Under the pieces are notes generated by a model. That model was given only the letters and a program-made list of their open reading frames with translations. It had not been told where the DNA came from and did no database searches. This document shows positions 8,655-18,846 of a stretch of DNA of 64,000 nucleotides, piece after piece (the first letter of the stretch is position 1; each line of letters starts with the position of its first letter). This DNA is from Nitrosopumilus sp. Lineage in GTDB: Archaea; Thermoproteota; Nitrososphaeria; Nitrososphaerales; Nitrosopumilaceae. The stretch lies in assembly GCA_965205675.1 (NCBI GenBank), contig OZ242186.1, positions 416,001 to 480,000 of the forward strand, written 5' to 3'. A program made the position numbers and the translations under genes.

Positions 8655-10744
8655 TTCATTTCACCTCCTCTTGATTCAGACAAGCACAATGAATTATCAC
8701 CATCAAAACATTCAGTGATTTTTCGTGATGTTAGAGATGTTTTGTGCCATTCTAATGACTCTACAATCTTTTGTTGAGTTGTAATTACAGCATCAATCTC
8801 CTTGTTTGTCGGAGTCCTTCCAGTTTCTAGTCTGATTGATGCCTTGATCTTACCGCGATGAATAATATCATAATGTATTGATTTTACTGCATCTGGTAAG
8901 GATGAGTGGTATGGTCCAGGAACAGGAACACCATCATCATAACAGGTCATTCCACTTTTATCAAAGTACATCTGACCACGTGGGTCGCTAAAGTTCTCAA
9001 CATATTGATATATTTCACAATCGACAGAGGCAATCTCATCAAGTGGTAAATCACTGATAAATCCCCCTCCGGGGTCGATTGGTTCCATTAGACGGAGTTT
9101 TCTTGTACAGATCGGACAAATATCAGACTCTTCAAAGTCAACTAAGATAGTTTCGTATCTGTAAATTGTCTTACTTTTCTCTATAGAATAAGCGCGTCTT
9201 ATGTGTAAGAACTGGTGAGGCGGTGTTTGTTGTTGAATCTGTTGGGTTTCATCAATAAAATGAGTGCTTTTCGCTTTAGCAGGATTATCTATAGACATCA
9301 TTTCTTGAATGCGTTTTGTAACATCATTTATGGTACAATCAGAGAAATCAAAGGAATCAGAATCAATCTCATACAAGCTCTTGATGTTGTCTGCATCATA
9401 ATCATACGATACAAGAGACAGTGATATCTCATTTAATGGAATGTCCTGGATTGCTCCATTATGTTGTCGTCTTAAGATCTTCCATGCTGAGACATGACAA
9501 CTAATATCATCAATTGAAGAGATGGACCGCGCAAGTACCGTCTTTATACTAAACTTGTTATTGCCAGCTTCTCCAAAATACTTTATCCGGTGTTTATTCT
9601 GACTGATACCAGTATGAGACAATAGATACCGGACCGTAGTAAATGCAGTTTTTGAATCATTAAAGGTATTAATCGACTTTACAAACAGTCCTGTCTTTTG
9701 ATACAACGCACTAATTTCATCTTTGTCAGTGTACCCAAAACCCAAAATATGCAGATGCGGTGAAAAATATGCTTTCTCTAAATTTTTTGTAAATCTAAAG
9801 GGATGATAAATTACCGCACCGCCCTCTATTCCAACACCTTTTAATTTTTTAAAGATATATCGTTCAGCCTTTAGCCTAGTTTCATGAGTTTCAAATTTAT
9901 GATATTCTGATTTTGGAACTGATACTACCAAATGATTATAAATTCTTGATTTCTTGTTTTGCATCCATAACTTATTTTTCTTAAAACTCAGCGTTGCCTC
10001 CACTCTATCAACTGCAGAGAGAGCCTGTTTGATTATTGCATAAGTCCAGCATTTAGGACATGATAACTTGTTACATTTTTTGAGTATTCTTTTTACTCGG
10101 TCCTGGTTTATGCGATATTCTTGCCGATGAGAGACATCAGTACAGCCTTTAACCTGAAATTGCAGACATGACTTGTATGATACACCATTACCTGGTAACT
10201 GCATTTTTGAAATGAAAACATTTGCAAAGTCACCGTTTTCTATTTTTTCCTTATACTTTTCAAAACCTGATGTATAGTTAAAGACACGTGTCTCATCATC
10301 AACATCATTACCAAAATTTGATTCATCTTGTAGTTTAGGACCAATTACATCCGTGATTTCAAATCCTTTTTCATCAACAGAACAAATCAATTCATGGCTT
10401 AGAACCTCAGAATGATTTCCAAGACGGTCAATATGTCCTGCATCCCTGAGGTCTTGTTGTGAAATCAGGCCAACATCATCATAAACTGTCAGTATATCAC
10501 ACTCGAACTCTTTGGGATTTTGTGATTCATGAAATGCCTTTACACATTCAGACAATCTCTTTGATTTTTGTGATTCCGCAATGTCTTTTGTAACCTTTAG
10601 GACTTCATCAACAGTCGTACATTTTGACAGCTCCAAATCCTGGAATGACTTTTGTCGTAATCTGAACAGATATGATTTTCTTTCTGCAGCAGCTACTGAC
10701 TCTTCTTTGGATGCAGAGTTATCATCTCTAATCGTCATTTTCAA
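8651..10744 (-). CDS. HUH-superfamily rolling-circle replication initiator (Rep)
   Basis: Zn motif CNKLSCPKC, motif I HLVVSVP, GGAVIYHPFR, motif II SPHLHILG, motif III YLLSH. Confidence 0.8.
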   Translation of the reverse strand: MKMTIRDDNSASKEESVAAAERKSYLFRLRQKSFQDLELSKCTTVDEVLKVTKDIAESQKSKRLSECVKAFHESQNPKEFECDILTVYDDVGLISQQDLRDAGHIDRLGNHSEVLSHELICSVDEKGFEITDVIGPKLQDESNFGNDVDDETRVFNYTSGFEKYKEKIENGDFANVFISKMQLPGNGVSYKSCLQFQVKGCTDVSHRQEYRINQDRVKRILKKCNKLSCPKCWTYAIIKQALSAVDRVEATLSFKKNKLWMQNKKSRIYNHLVVSVPKSEYHKFETHETRLKAERYIFKKLKGVGIEGGAVIYHPFRFTKNLEKAYFSPHLHILGFGYTDKDEISALYQKTGLFVKSINTFNDSKTAFTTVRYLLSHTGISQNKHRIKYFGEAGNNKFSIKTVLARSISSIDDISCHVSAWKILRRQHNGAIQDIPLNEISLSLVSYDYDADNIKSLYEIDSDSFDFSDCTINDVTKRIQEMMSIDNPAKAKSTHFIDETQQIQQQTPPHQFLHIRRAYSIEKSKTIYRYETILVDFEESDICPICTRKLRLMEPIDPGGGFISDLPLDEIASVDCEIYQYVENFSDPRGQMYFDKSGMTCYDDGVPVPGPYHSSLPDAVKSIHYDIIHRGKIKASIRLETGRTPTNKEIDAVITTQQKIVESLEWHKTSLTSRKITECFDGDNSLCLSESRGGEMK

Positions 10745-10946
10745 ATTCCCGCTTTAATGAAAAACTCTTTAGTTCAGAATCAGTAATTTTGATGATTTTT
10801 AAATCATATTCATGACAATGCGTGATGTGCCAAGTCCTGGCATAAAAGCTTGAAAATCTTTTAGATTTTTTCTTTATCTTGATACAATACGGACATAATA
10901 TCATCTGAAAAGCAGAAAACTTTATTGGTTTACGTGTTGTACTCAT
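10728..10946 (-). CDS. Small C2H2-type zinc-finger protein
   Basis: CPYC...HITHCH; overlaps Rep start. Confidence 0.65.
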   Translation of the reverse strand: MSTTRKPIKFSAFQMILCPYCIKIKKKSKRFSSFYARTWHITHCHEYDLKIIKITDSELKSFSLKREFENDD

Positions 10947-11102
10947 ATCAATAACAATCTCCTAAACGATTGTGACGACGGCTTGAAGTCTCTCCACAAA
11001 AGTAAGACTTCAAGCATTTTCTTAATTTCAAAAAACAAAAAAGATGAGGATTTTTTCTTTGGAACTAAAAACCAATGTTGTAAATGCACAGTTTTCATTT
11101 TT

Positions 11103-11438
11103 TCAGGTTTTTATCCTTAACAGTAAAAAAAAGAATTCAAAAATAGGTTCAATTAAAAATCTACAACAAATTAGAGGATGGATAACCCATCGCTCTAACT
11201 TGGTTGCAGTCTCATACCCAATAATTTGTACCTTTTTAGGGGTGTAATACCTGTCAAGTATTTTTGGGTCATGAACTGAAAGACCGTCTCGAGGGACTTT
11301 ACTCTTTTCGGCACATTTTTTACAATTTGCGTTTGAGGATTTGTTTAATCCTTTCATGCAGAATTTTTTAGATTCTGTCATGGGATTTTTTGTATGGTTT
11401 GAAGAATCAGTCAAAAACGGTTGTTCCAGTAAAATCAT
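11103..11438 (-). CDS. Hypothetical Cys-containing protein
   Basis: ATGA-coupled to upstream ORF; CKKC. Confidence 0.5.
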   Translation of the reverse strand: MILLEQPFLTDSSNHTKNPMTESKKFCMKGLNKSSNANCKKCAEKSKVPRDGLSVHDPKILDRYYTPKKVQIIGYETATKLERWVIHPLICCRFLIEPIFEFFFLLLRIKT

Positions 11439-11602
11439 TTTACGGCCTCAGTAAATCCGCCAATGGGCGATCCTAATGCCATATCCGCACAGATATCACA
11501 GCAAAGGATTTCATACTTGGTATTCTGTAAAATCTGAGATATCTTTCTGGAATGGTTTTTCTCATGTCGGCATTGCCACTCTTCAACAAAAACAGGAGTC
11601 AT
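11435..11602 (-). CDS. Small Cys/His-rich protein (55 aa)
   Basis: Manual translation MTPVFVEEWQCRH...CCDICADM...; GGAGG upstream; ATGA overlaps on both sides. Confidence 0.6.
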   Translation of the reverse strand: MTPVFVEEWQCRHEKNHSRKISQILQNTKYEILCCDICADMALGSPIGGFTEAVK

Positions 11603-11760
11603 TTTTTAGAAGCCTCCAAATTTTCAAGTTCACGACGAACCACAGAGGAAATATAATCAGAAACATTACGATAAAGAGAATCAGATTTCTGTGTCTCTTT
11701 TTCTATTCTGTTCACTAAATTTATTGGCAATTGAACAGGCTTCCAATTAGTTCGATTCAT
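11599..11760 (-). CDS. Ribbon-helix-helix regulator (53 aa)
   Basis: Manual translation MNRTNWKPVQLPINLVNRIEKETQKSDSLYRNVSDYISSVVRRELE. Confidence 0.8.
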   Translation of the reverse strand: MNRTNWKPVQLPINLVNRIEKETQKSDSLYRNVSDYISSVVRRELENLEASKK

Positions 11761-11836
11761 GTAATAGTATTGTAATACACATTATATAAAAACTGTTACA
11801 ACACTATTACAACCTAACTTGTAACAAATTTATAAC
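11760..11836. promoter_or_regulatory. Divergent promoter/operator region
   Basis: 16-bp inverted repeat TGTAATAGT(A/G)TTGTAA at 11760-11775 and 11796-11811 flanking a TATA box; further TTGTAAC next to TTTATA. Confidence 0.7.
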
Positions 11837-11859
11837 ATTTCAAAGGAAAAATACAAAAT

Positions 11860-12270
11860 GTGCTTAAAACCATGGTAAGAAAAAAGAGTAATTCAGGATG
11901 GAGACCGGTACAGCTTCCTAAAGATTTAGTAGACGAAGTAGAAAAAGTGATTGAAACATCAGAAGTTAAAAAAACAGGTGTTACAAGCATAAGTCAATTT
12001 ATTTCAAGAATCATAGATGATCATTTAGAATCATCCAGATTCTCTCATCAAAACACCTATGAGGATAAGGTAAGAATACTAGATAACAAAATAGGTAAAC
12101 TAGGAGATATTGTAACAATATTCCTAAAAGAAGAATTGAAGAAAGGATTTTGTGATTATTGTGAAAGTGAGAACTGTGTACACGTAAAGTACATGTGGGA
12201 ATTAGAAGATGTTGTTAAAATTTTGAAAAAAAGAGGTTTCCAATCACCATATAACGAACCATCAAAATAA
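11860..12270 (+). CDS. RHH regulator with C-terminal CxxC-x4-CxH zinc motif
   Basis: WRPVQLPKDLVDEV..SISQFISRII; CDYCESENCVH. Confidence 0.8.
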   Translation: MLKTMVRKKSNSGWRPVQLPKDLVDEVEKVIETSEVKKTGVTSISQFISRIIDDHLESSRFSHQNTYEDKVRILDNKIGKLGDIVTIFLKEELKKGFCDYCESENCVHVKYMWELEDVVKILKKRGFQSPYNEPSK

Positions 12271-12309
12271 AAGACATTTAGTTTCCAGGTTCCAGTCAAT
12301 ACAAGGCTT

Positions 12310-13377
12310 TTATTTTTTCAACTCAAACATCAGTTTTCTCATTTCATACTGAATCATTTCTTTAACTTCTTCTTTAGCAACGTGTGTTTTTTCCAATTCT
12401 TCATTACGTTTAGTTATTTTATCAAGCTCCAATTGCTTTCTTAGAGAACCATCAACGGTTAATTCGGGAACTGCTTTTTTGAATTCTTCAAACAATTGTT
12501 CAATAGTCGGGTCAAGATAAACATTATCCAACACAACAGTAACAGAATGACCCATCATTTTCTCTGCAAGTGAAATATTCAGGTCATGAGTAGTTTTCAG
12601 AATAGTATTAAATCGTTTTCTAAATCCATGATCAGCTTGTTTATTGTATCTCACACCCGTTTTGACCTGATTGATTCTCAATCCTGTTTTGTTGATAAGC
12701 AATCGTGTGATTTCTTGTAGTGATGATCTGGTACTAGGTTTGACCTTAGCAAATCCTACATTATACGATGAACGAAATGCAGGACTTTCAGGAGTTATTT
12801 TTTCTCCATCAGATTCTCTTTTCTGTATATAAGCATCAAACATTTGACTTGCTTCAGGTGTTAGAAATGTAGTATACTCATCAACAGTTCCTTCATAAAC
12901 CAGGACCGATTTGCAATCTTCAATCTGATTAATGTTTCTTAGTTTGATATCTTGTAATGCACCTATTCTAATTCCTGATGATGCGATAAAATGAATGAAT
13001 GTTTTAGTTCGTAATTTAGTCGCAAAAGAAACCATTTTAGCCACCTCTTCAGTAATCCATGCCTCACCGCCTGTCTTTTTTATTCTTGCAGGCTTAAGCC
13101 TGTTAATTTTACTCCATCTCAATTCTATATCATTACAGTCAAAAAATGCCTTCATTGACGCAATTGGTATATTTATTGAGTTGGGAGACATTGTTTTTTT
13201 AAGATACATAACAAAATCTTCCATCATAATTTGTAATTTTTCTTGAGGTATCGTTATTAATCTATCATAGTCTTCTATCTCAAAACATTTGAGAAATTTA
13301 TCCAAATGTCTAACATATGTTTTTCTTGTTTCTTCCGACTTGATAGAATTCTCAAAAATTAACATACTTCTTTGCAT
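12310..13377 (-). CDS. Tyrosine recombinase/integrase
   Basis: SGIRIGAL (R), HGFRKRF (HxxR), MGH...Y catalytic set. Confidence 0.95.
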   Translation of the reverse strand: MQRSMLIFENSIKSEETRKTYVRHLDKFLKCFEIEDYDRLITIPQEKLQIMMEDFVMYLKKTMSPNSINIPIASMKAFFDCNDIELRWSKINRLKPARIKKTGGEAWITEEVAKMVSFATKLRTKTFIHFIASSGIRIGALQDIKLRNINQIEDCKSVLVYEGTVDEYTTFLTPEASQMFDAYIQKRESDGEKITPESPAFRSSYNVGFAKVKPSTRSSLQEITRLLINKTGLRINQVKTGVRYNKQADHGFRKRFNTILKTTHDLNISLAEKMMGHSVTVVLDNVYLDPTIEQLFEEFKKAVPELTVDGSLRKQLELDKITKRNEELEKTHVAKEEVKEMIQYEMRKLMFELKK

Positions 13378-13424
13378 GTCATATTATAAAAAACGGAACT
13401 ATTTTAACCAAATAATGTCAGGTT

Positions 13425-13436
13425 AGAATTTATATT
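13425..13436 (+). repeat. attR core, overlapping probable BRE/TATA box of downstream gene
   Basis: AGAATTTATATT ends 24 nt before ATG 13461. Confidence 0.7.
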
Positions 13437-13460
13437 ATATCCAAAGTCAGTTGACTTCAC

Positions 13461-14276
13461 ATGGCTACAAGTCCTACAATTTTAGATTCAGATTTTCGTT
13501 ATATCGACAAAAAAGGAAGCTTGCTCAAAACTAGAACCGAGTTAACAGTAGCACAAATGCTTACTTTTCTTGAACAAGAATATGAATACGGTCACAAAAT
13601 TACTTTAAAGAATGGAAATGAGGTCACAGTTGATTTTAAAACAGAAAAAGGGCTGATCGAAGTAATTGACACAGATGATGATATTGAAAAATATAAACAA
13701 ATCAAAGAAGATTTCCCTCAAGAAAAAATGATGGCGATAGGACATGCCAAATATGTTGCACAAATTAAAGAATTACAAGATATAGTATTTTATGATAAAA
13801 CACCACAAACAGGTTCTATATTTTTAGAAGATGCATCATTTTCATTTGATTATGCACACATTCTTCCATTAGTAGAAAAATGCTCTATATTACATGGACA
13901 CACATCGTCTGTAATGGTAGAGCTTATAGGACAAATGAAAGATAATTTACTTTTAGATTTTGGTGAAGCCAAAAAAATTATCAAAGAAGTAGTAAATGTA
14001 TTTGATCATAAATTTTTCATTAATAAGAAATATCTAAAAAAAGAAGATGATTCACATTATCAAATTCAGTTTGAAGGACCTAAAGGAATGTTTGAATTAC
14101 AAGTTCCAAAGAATACAACTTATCTATTAGAAGGAGAAGCTACAGTAGAAAATCTTTCAAGTGAAATTATCAAACTACTAGCACCAAAAATGCCATCAAA
14201 TGTAGAAGCTGTAGGAGTTTACATCTATGAAGGTTACAATAAAGGCTCTCACATTATTTCAAATATTTCAAGATAA
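13461..14276 (+). CDS. 6-pyruvoyl-tetrahydropterin synthase/QueD family protein with N-terminal extra domain
   Basis: FDYAH, CSILHGH, DFGEAK, FDH, TVENL motifs. Confidence 0.85.
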   Translation: MATSPTILDSDFRYIDKKGSLLKTRTELTVAQMLTFLEQEYEYGHKITLKNGNEVTVDFKTEKGLIEVIDTDDDIEKYKQIKEDFPQEKMMAIGHAKYVAQIKELQDIVFYDKTPQTGSIFLEDASFSFDYAHILPLVEKCSILHGHTSSVMVELIGQMKDNLLLDFGEAKKIIKEVVNVFDHKFFINKKYLKKEDDSHYQIQFEGPKGMFELQVPKNTTYLLEGEATVENLSSEIIKLLAPKMPSNVEAVGVYIYEGYNKGSHIISNISR

Positions 14277-14283
14277 TTAAGAA

Positions 14284-16608
14284 ATGGATCCTAAAATATC
14301 AGAAAAAACATGGAATCCAGAGTTAGAAAAAGAAATTCTAAAACAATGGGAATCAGAAAAAATTTATGAATTTACTCCACAAGATGATAACTATACAATA
14401 GATACACCGCCTCCATATCCATCAGGTAGACCATGGCATATTGGAGCCGCAGCACACTATTCGCAAATTGACATGATTGCACGTACTGCAAGAATGACTG
14501 GAAAAAATGTCTATTTCCCAATAGGAATTGACAGAAATGGCCTTCCCGTAGAGCTGTACACTGAGAAAAAACACAAAATCAGAATGAGAGAAACAGAAAG
14601 AGGCGAATTTCTAAATCTTTGTAGAGGTGCACTAGACGACTTGGAATCTGAAATGATTCTCATTATGAAAAGTTTAGGTCTTAGTGGAGATTTTGCTAAT
14701 TACTATAGAACAGATTCAGAAGAATACAGAACACTTACTCAGTCTACGTTTATTGATTTATGGAAAAAAGGACAGGTGTATCTTGCAAATAGACCTAACA
14801 ACTATGATTGGGTATCAGGTACAACTATTGCAGATGCAGAAATAATATATCAAGATTTAGCTACCAAGCTTGTTTACATGAAATTCAAAATCAAGAATAC
14901 CGATAAAGAAATAATCATTGCAAGTACAAGACCTGAATTACTTTGTGCATGTAGAACAATCATTGTAAATCCTGAAGATGAAAGATATGCACAATATATT
15001 GGAAAAAAAGTAATTGTTCCAATCACCAATGCAGAAGTAGATCTTAGAACTCATCATTCTGTTCAACAAGAATTTGGTTCAGGGGCTGTTATGGTATGTA
15101 GTTATGGTGATCAAAATGACGTAGCATTGTTTAGAGAATTAGAATTAGAAGAAATTGTTGCAATTGGATTAGATGGAAGAATGACCGAAGTTGCAGGAGA
15201 ATGCACAGGATTAAAACCAAAACAAGCTAGAACAAAAATCATAGAAGATTTAGAAACAAATGGATTTTTGGATAAGGTTGAAAATATTGTTCATAGAACA
15301 CCAGTATCAGAAAGAAGTAAGACTCCAATTGAGATTATTCCGATGGAGGAATATTATCTAAAACAAAAAGAAGCAATTCCTAAAATGAAAAATTTAGGCC
15401 AAGAAATTATATTCCATCCATCAATGCACAAGCAAATTCTCATGAATTGGCTTGAATCTATCAATATTGATTGGCCCATTTCAAGAAGAAGATATTATGG
15501 TACTGAAATTCCAATATGGTATTGTAAAAATTGCTCAGAGGCATATGTTCCTGAGCCTGGAAAATATTATAGGCCTTGGGAAGAAAAATGCCCAATTACT
15601 AATTGTACAAAATGTGATTCCACTGAATTTGTAGGAGAAGAACGAACATTTGACACATGGATGGATTCTAGTGTATCTCCACTTTTCATTAGTAAATTTA
15701 ACGGAGACGGTGAATTTTTCAAGAAAGTGTATCCTGCTTCAATTAGACCACAAGCAAAAGATATTGTTAGAACGTGGTTATACTATACTCTTTTGAGATG
15801 TGAGCAACTTACTGGAGAAAAACCATGGTCTGAAGCTTGGGTCATGGGATATGGTTTGGATGAAAAAGGAATGAAAATGAGTAAAAGTAAAGGAAATGCG
15901 ATAGATCCCTTACCAATAATTGAAAAGTTAGGTGCTGATACTTTTAGATTTTGGAGTGCGAGTGAAATTAATCATGGACATGACTTTAGATGCAATGAAC
16001 AAAAAATTGAATCAACAAAAAAATTTCTTAGTAAATTATGGAATGTATCAAGATTTTTGTCTAGTTTTCCAGTAATTGAATCTGGGAATCTATCCGCATC
16101 TGATGAATGGATTTTATCAGAATTAGACAAACTAGTAAAAGAATGTAAAAAAGGATATGAGGATTATAACTTTTTCATCCCGGCAATAGCAATTAGAGAA
16201 TTTACATGGAATGTGTTTGCAGCACATTATATCGAAATGGTAAAAGCAAGAGCATATGGAATTAAATTTTCTGACGAAGAAAGAGATGGTGCTATTTTTA
16301 CACTACACAAAACCTTGTCAACTATTTTGAAATTATTAGCGCCAATCACACCATTTATCACAGATTATCTTTGGAAAGAATTGTATTCAAAAAATAGCAT
16401 ACACAAAGAACAACAAATAATACCAGAAAATATTGAGGAACAAGATAATATTACAAAAGAAATTTCAAAATTTAATTCAAAAGTATGGAATGAGAAAAAA
16501 GCTCAAAACCTATCATTAAAAGACCCAATTAAAATAGAAATTCCTAAATCATTAGAGTCATTTAAAAAAGATTTGAAATCAATGCACAACTTGTTAGATT
16601 ACAACTAG
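14284..16608 (+). CDS. valS: Valine--tRNA ligase
   Basis: DTPPPYPSG..HIGA, STRPE, DWPISRRR, KMSKS. Confidence 0.95.
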   Translation: MDPKISEKTWNPELEKEILKQWESEKIYEFTPQDDNYTIDTPPPYPSGRPWHIGAAAHYSQIDMIARTARMTGKNVYFPIGIDRNGLPVELYTEKKHKIRMRETERGEFLNLCRGALDDLESEMILIMKSLGLSGDFANYYRTDSEEYRTLTQSTFIDLWKKGQVYLANRPNNYDWVSGTTIADAEIIYQDLATKLVYMKFKIKNTDKEIIIASTRPELLCACRTIIVNPEDERYAQYIGKKVIVPITNAEVDLRTHHSVQQEFGSGAVMVCSYGDQNDVALFRELELEEIVAIGLDGRMTEVAGECTGLKPKQARTKIIEDLETNGFLDKVENIVHRTPVSERSKTPIEIIPMEEYYLKQKEAIPKMKNLGQEIIFHPSMHKQILMNWLESINIDWPISRRRYYGTEIPIWYCKNCSEAYVPEPGKYYRPWEEKCPITNCTKCDSTEFVGEERTFDTWMDSSVSPLFISKFNGDGEFFKKVYPASIRPQAKDIVRTWLYYTLLRCEQLTGEKPWSEAWVMGYGLDEKGMKMSKSKGNAIDPLPIIEKLGADTFRFWSASEINHGHDFRCNEQKIESTKKFLSKLWNVSRFLSSFPVIESGNLSASDEWILSELDKLVKECKKGYEDYNFFIPAIAIREFTWNVFAAHYIEMVKARAYGIKFSDEERDGAIFTLHKTLSTILKLLAPITPFITDYLWKELYSKNSIHKEQQIIPENIEEQDNITKEISKFNSKVWNEKKAQNLSLKDPIKIEIPKSLESFKKDLKSMHNLLDYN

Positions 16609-16609
16609 A

Positions 16610-17227
16610 TTAATTCTTGAATAAAGTAACAAGATTAATGAAATATTTGTGTAATGATGTATCCGTAGTTAATTCAGGATGAAATGCAGTACCAATAACA
16701 TTTCCTTTTTTAACTGCGACTATACGATCGTTGAATTTTGATAAGATTTCTACATCAGATCCTACATTAGAAACAGAAGGAGCTCTAATGAATACTCCAT
16801 TGAATTTTGGAATATTAATAGAATCCATAGAAATATCAGATTCAAAAGAATCTTTTTGACGTCCAAATGAGTTTCTCTCTAATTTAATATCCAGGATATT
16901 CAATAGCGGTTGATCAATTTTACCTACAACACGATCATTCGCTGTATTTGATAGCATAATCATTCCAGCACAAATTCCAAGTACAGGCATTCCATTTTGA
17001 ATTTTTTCCTTTAGAATCTTTAGTGAACCATTTACTAAAGATAGCTGACCAATGGTGGTACTTTCACCACCTGGAATTATCAAACCATCTAATTCTGAGA
17101 GTTCTTCAGGGGTTTTTACATCGATAATCTTTCCGTCAATTCCTAATTCATCAATTGCAGCTTTGGTGGACAAAAGATTTTCTTGTACGTCGCCTTGAAT
17201 AGATAAAACACCAACAGTAAAACTCAT
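16610..17227 (-). CDS. pdxT: PLP synthase glutaminase subunit
   Basis: PGGESTT, GICAG, FIRAP, FHPEL. Confidence 0.97.
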   Translation of the reverse strand: MSFTVGVLSIQGDVQENLLSTKAAIDELGIDGKIIDVKTPEELSELDGLIIPGGESTTIGQLSLVNGSLKILKEKIQNGMPVLGICAGMIMLSNTANDRVVGKIDQPLLNILDIKLERNSFGRQKDSFESDISMDSINIPKFNGVFIRAPSVSNVGSDVEILSKFNDRIVAVKKGNVIGTAFHPELTTDTSLHKYFINLVTLFKN

Positions 17228-18192
17228 GCTGAACCACCACGATCTTGCATACGTAATTCAAGAGTGTTTACATCTAATCCAACCATAGATCCTCGTTCAT
17301 CAATCATTTTTTGTGCTTCTTTAACTTTATCAGATTCATTCCAAAAGGTAGTAGCTAAAACTATTGCTCTTGCTCTCTCTTTTGCATCATCAGAATTAAA
17401 AATCCCAGAACCAACAAAAATACCATCACATCCAAGAGACATTAAATATGCTGCATCCGCAGGTGTTGTAATCCCACCTGCGGCAAAATTTACAACAGGT
17501 AGCCTTCCAAGTTTTGCAGTCTGTTCAACAATATCATATGATACTTTGAATTCTCTTGCCATTCTAACTAAATCTTGATTATCATTCGAATCATAAATTG
17601 ATTTTATACTTCGTAACTCCTCATTTACTTTTTTAACATGTTTGATAGCTTCTGCAACATTTCCAGTCCCAGGTTCTCCTTTTGTTCTAATCATTGATGC
17701 ACCTTCTTCAATTCTTCTTAAAGCTTCATCTAAAGATCTTGCTCCGTTAACAATAGGAGTAGTAAAATCCCATTTCCAAACATGACGAAGTTCATCAGCA
17801 GGTGTTAAAACTTCAGATTCATCAATCATATCAACATTCGTTTCTTGTAACACTAATGCTTCATTGACATGTCCAATTCTGCATTTAGCCATTACAGGAA
17901 TTGTTACAGAATCCATAATTTCCTCAATAATTCTAATGCTTGCAGTACGTGCAACACCGCCAGCTTTTCTAACTTCAGATGGAAGTTTATCTAATACCAT
18001 AACAGAAACGGCACCAGCTTCTTCAGCAATTTGAGCTTGCTCTACAGTTGTAACATCCATTACAACTCCATTTTTTAACATATGGGCAAATCCACGTTTG
18101 ACAGTAGATGAGCCACGTAAAGTATCAGCCGAATTAATTTTGTCAGTAATTATTCCTCTGGCATTTTTTCGTTCACCATCTAATGGAAGCAT
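17224..18192 (-). CDS. pdxS: PLP synthase lyase subunit
   Basis: [39 protein letters not shown]. Confidence 0.97.
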   Translation of the reverse strand: MLPLDGERKNARGIITDKINSADTLRGSSTVKRGFAHMLKNGVVMDVTTVEQAQIAEEAGAVSVMVLDKLPSEVRKAGGVARTASIRIIEEIMDSVTIPVMAKCRIGHVNEALVLQETNVDMIDESEVLTPADELRHVWKWDFTTPIVNGARSLDEALRRIEEGASMIRTKGEPGTGNVAEAIKHVKKVNEELRSIKSIYDSNDNQDLVRMAREFKVSYDIVEQTAKLGRLPVVNFAAGGITTPADAAYLMSLGCDGIFVGSGIFNSDDAKERARAIVLATTFWNESDKVKEAQKMIDERGSMVGLDVNTLELRMQDRGGSA

Positions 18193-18222
18193 GTCATAAT
18201 TTTTTCTAAAGACTATTTGTAT

Positions 18223-18756
18223 CTATTCACTAAATTCAGACATAATCAAATCTAGTTCAGATTCAACCATAGTAATTATTGGTGGAATAAAATCTACAGT
18301 TACATTTTGTTGAGGCCAGTGAATTTGATTAACACGTCCATTAAGAGTTACTTTGACATTTGATTTTTGATATTCAGTTGCATTATCTAAAACTTTAAAA
18401 GATTCAGAAGGAATTGAAATAAAACCTGTTTCTTTGATTAATGCTTTAATCTTCTCAAGTTTACTCTCATCTAGTTTTGAGCGAACGTCCGGTTTCAGAT
18501 AACCATTATCCGTTACAGAATATTTTAGTTCGCCATCATTTTTGATGTAAAGAATTTCAGTTTTTTGTGCTCCCACTCTCTCTGTTACACCATACGAGAT
18601 TTTTTTTAATTGATGTTTAGTATATTCAATCTCAATATGATCAGTATAATTTGCTGCAGATGTGGGAATTTCATTTTTGAGTAATAATGGAGTAGCAAGT
18701 AAAAGGGCAACAATTACAGGAATAGCGCCCAATACCAAGTAAGCAGGTTTCACCAT
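18223..18756 (-). CDS. Membrane-anchored hypothetical protein
   Basis: N-terminal hydrophobic helix, 177 aa ORF. Confidence 0.75.
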   Translation of the reverse strand: MVKPAYLVLGAIPVIVALLLATPLLLKNEIPTSAANYTDHIEIEYTKHQLKKISYGVTERVGAQKTEILYIKNDGELKYSVTDNGYLKPDVRSKLDESKLEKIKALIKETGFISIPSESFKVLDNATEYQKSNVKVTLNGRVNQIHWPQQNVTVDFIPPIITMVESELDLIMSEFSE

Positions 18757-18846
18757 AACAGATTAACAATTACAGATTGATGATTATTGCAAATAAATCT
18801 TAGTTAAAAATAACTTAAAATTCAAGTCTATTTTATTCTTGTTTGT

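Larger units (their letters stand above)
3188..13436. mobile_element. Integrated plasmid/virus-like element (~10.2 kb) with tyrosine integrase and HUH Rep
   Basis: 12-bp direct repeat AGAATTTATATT at 3188-3199 and 13425-13436; integrase adjacent to right repeat; Rep, ATPase and regulators inside; core host genes outside. Confidence 0.85.

Noticed and set aside
8651-10744. IS91-type transposase
   Set aside because: Shares Zn and HUH motifs but has a single-Tyr YLLSH motif and sits in an integrase-bounded operon; a replication initiator fits better
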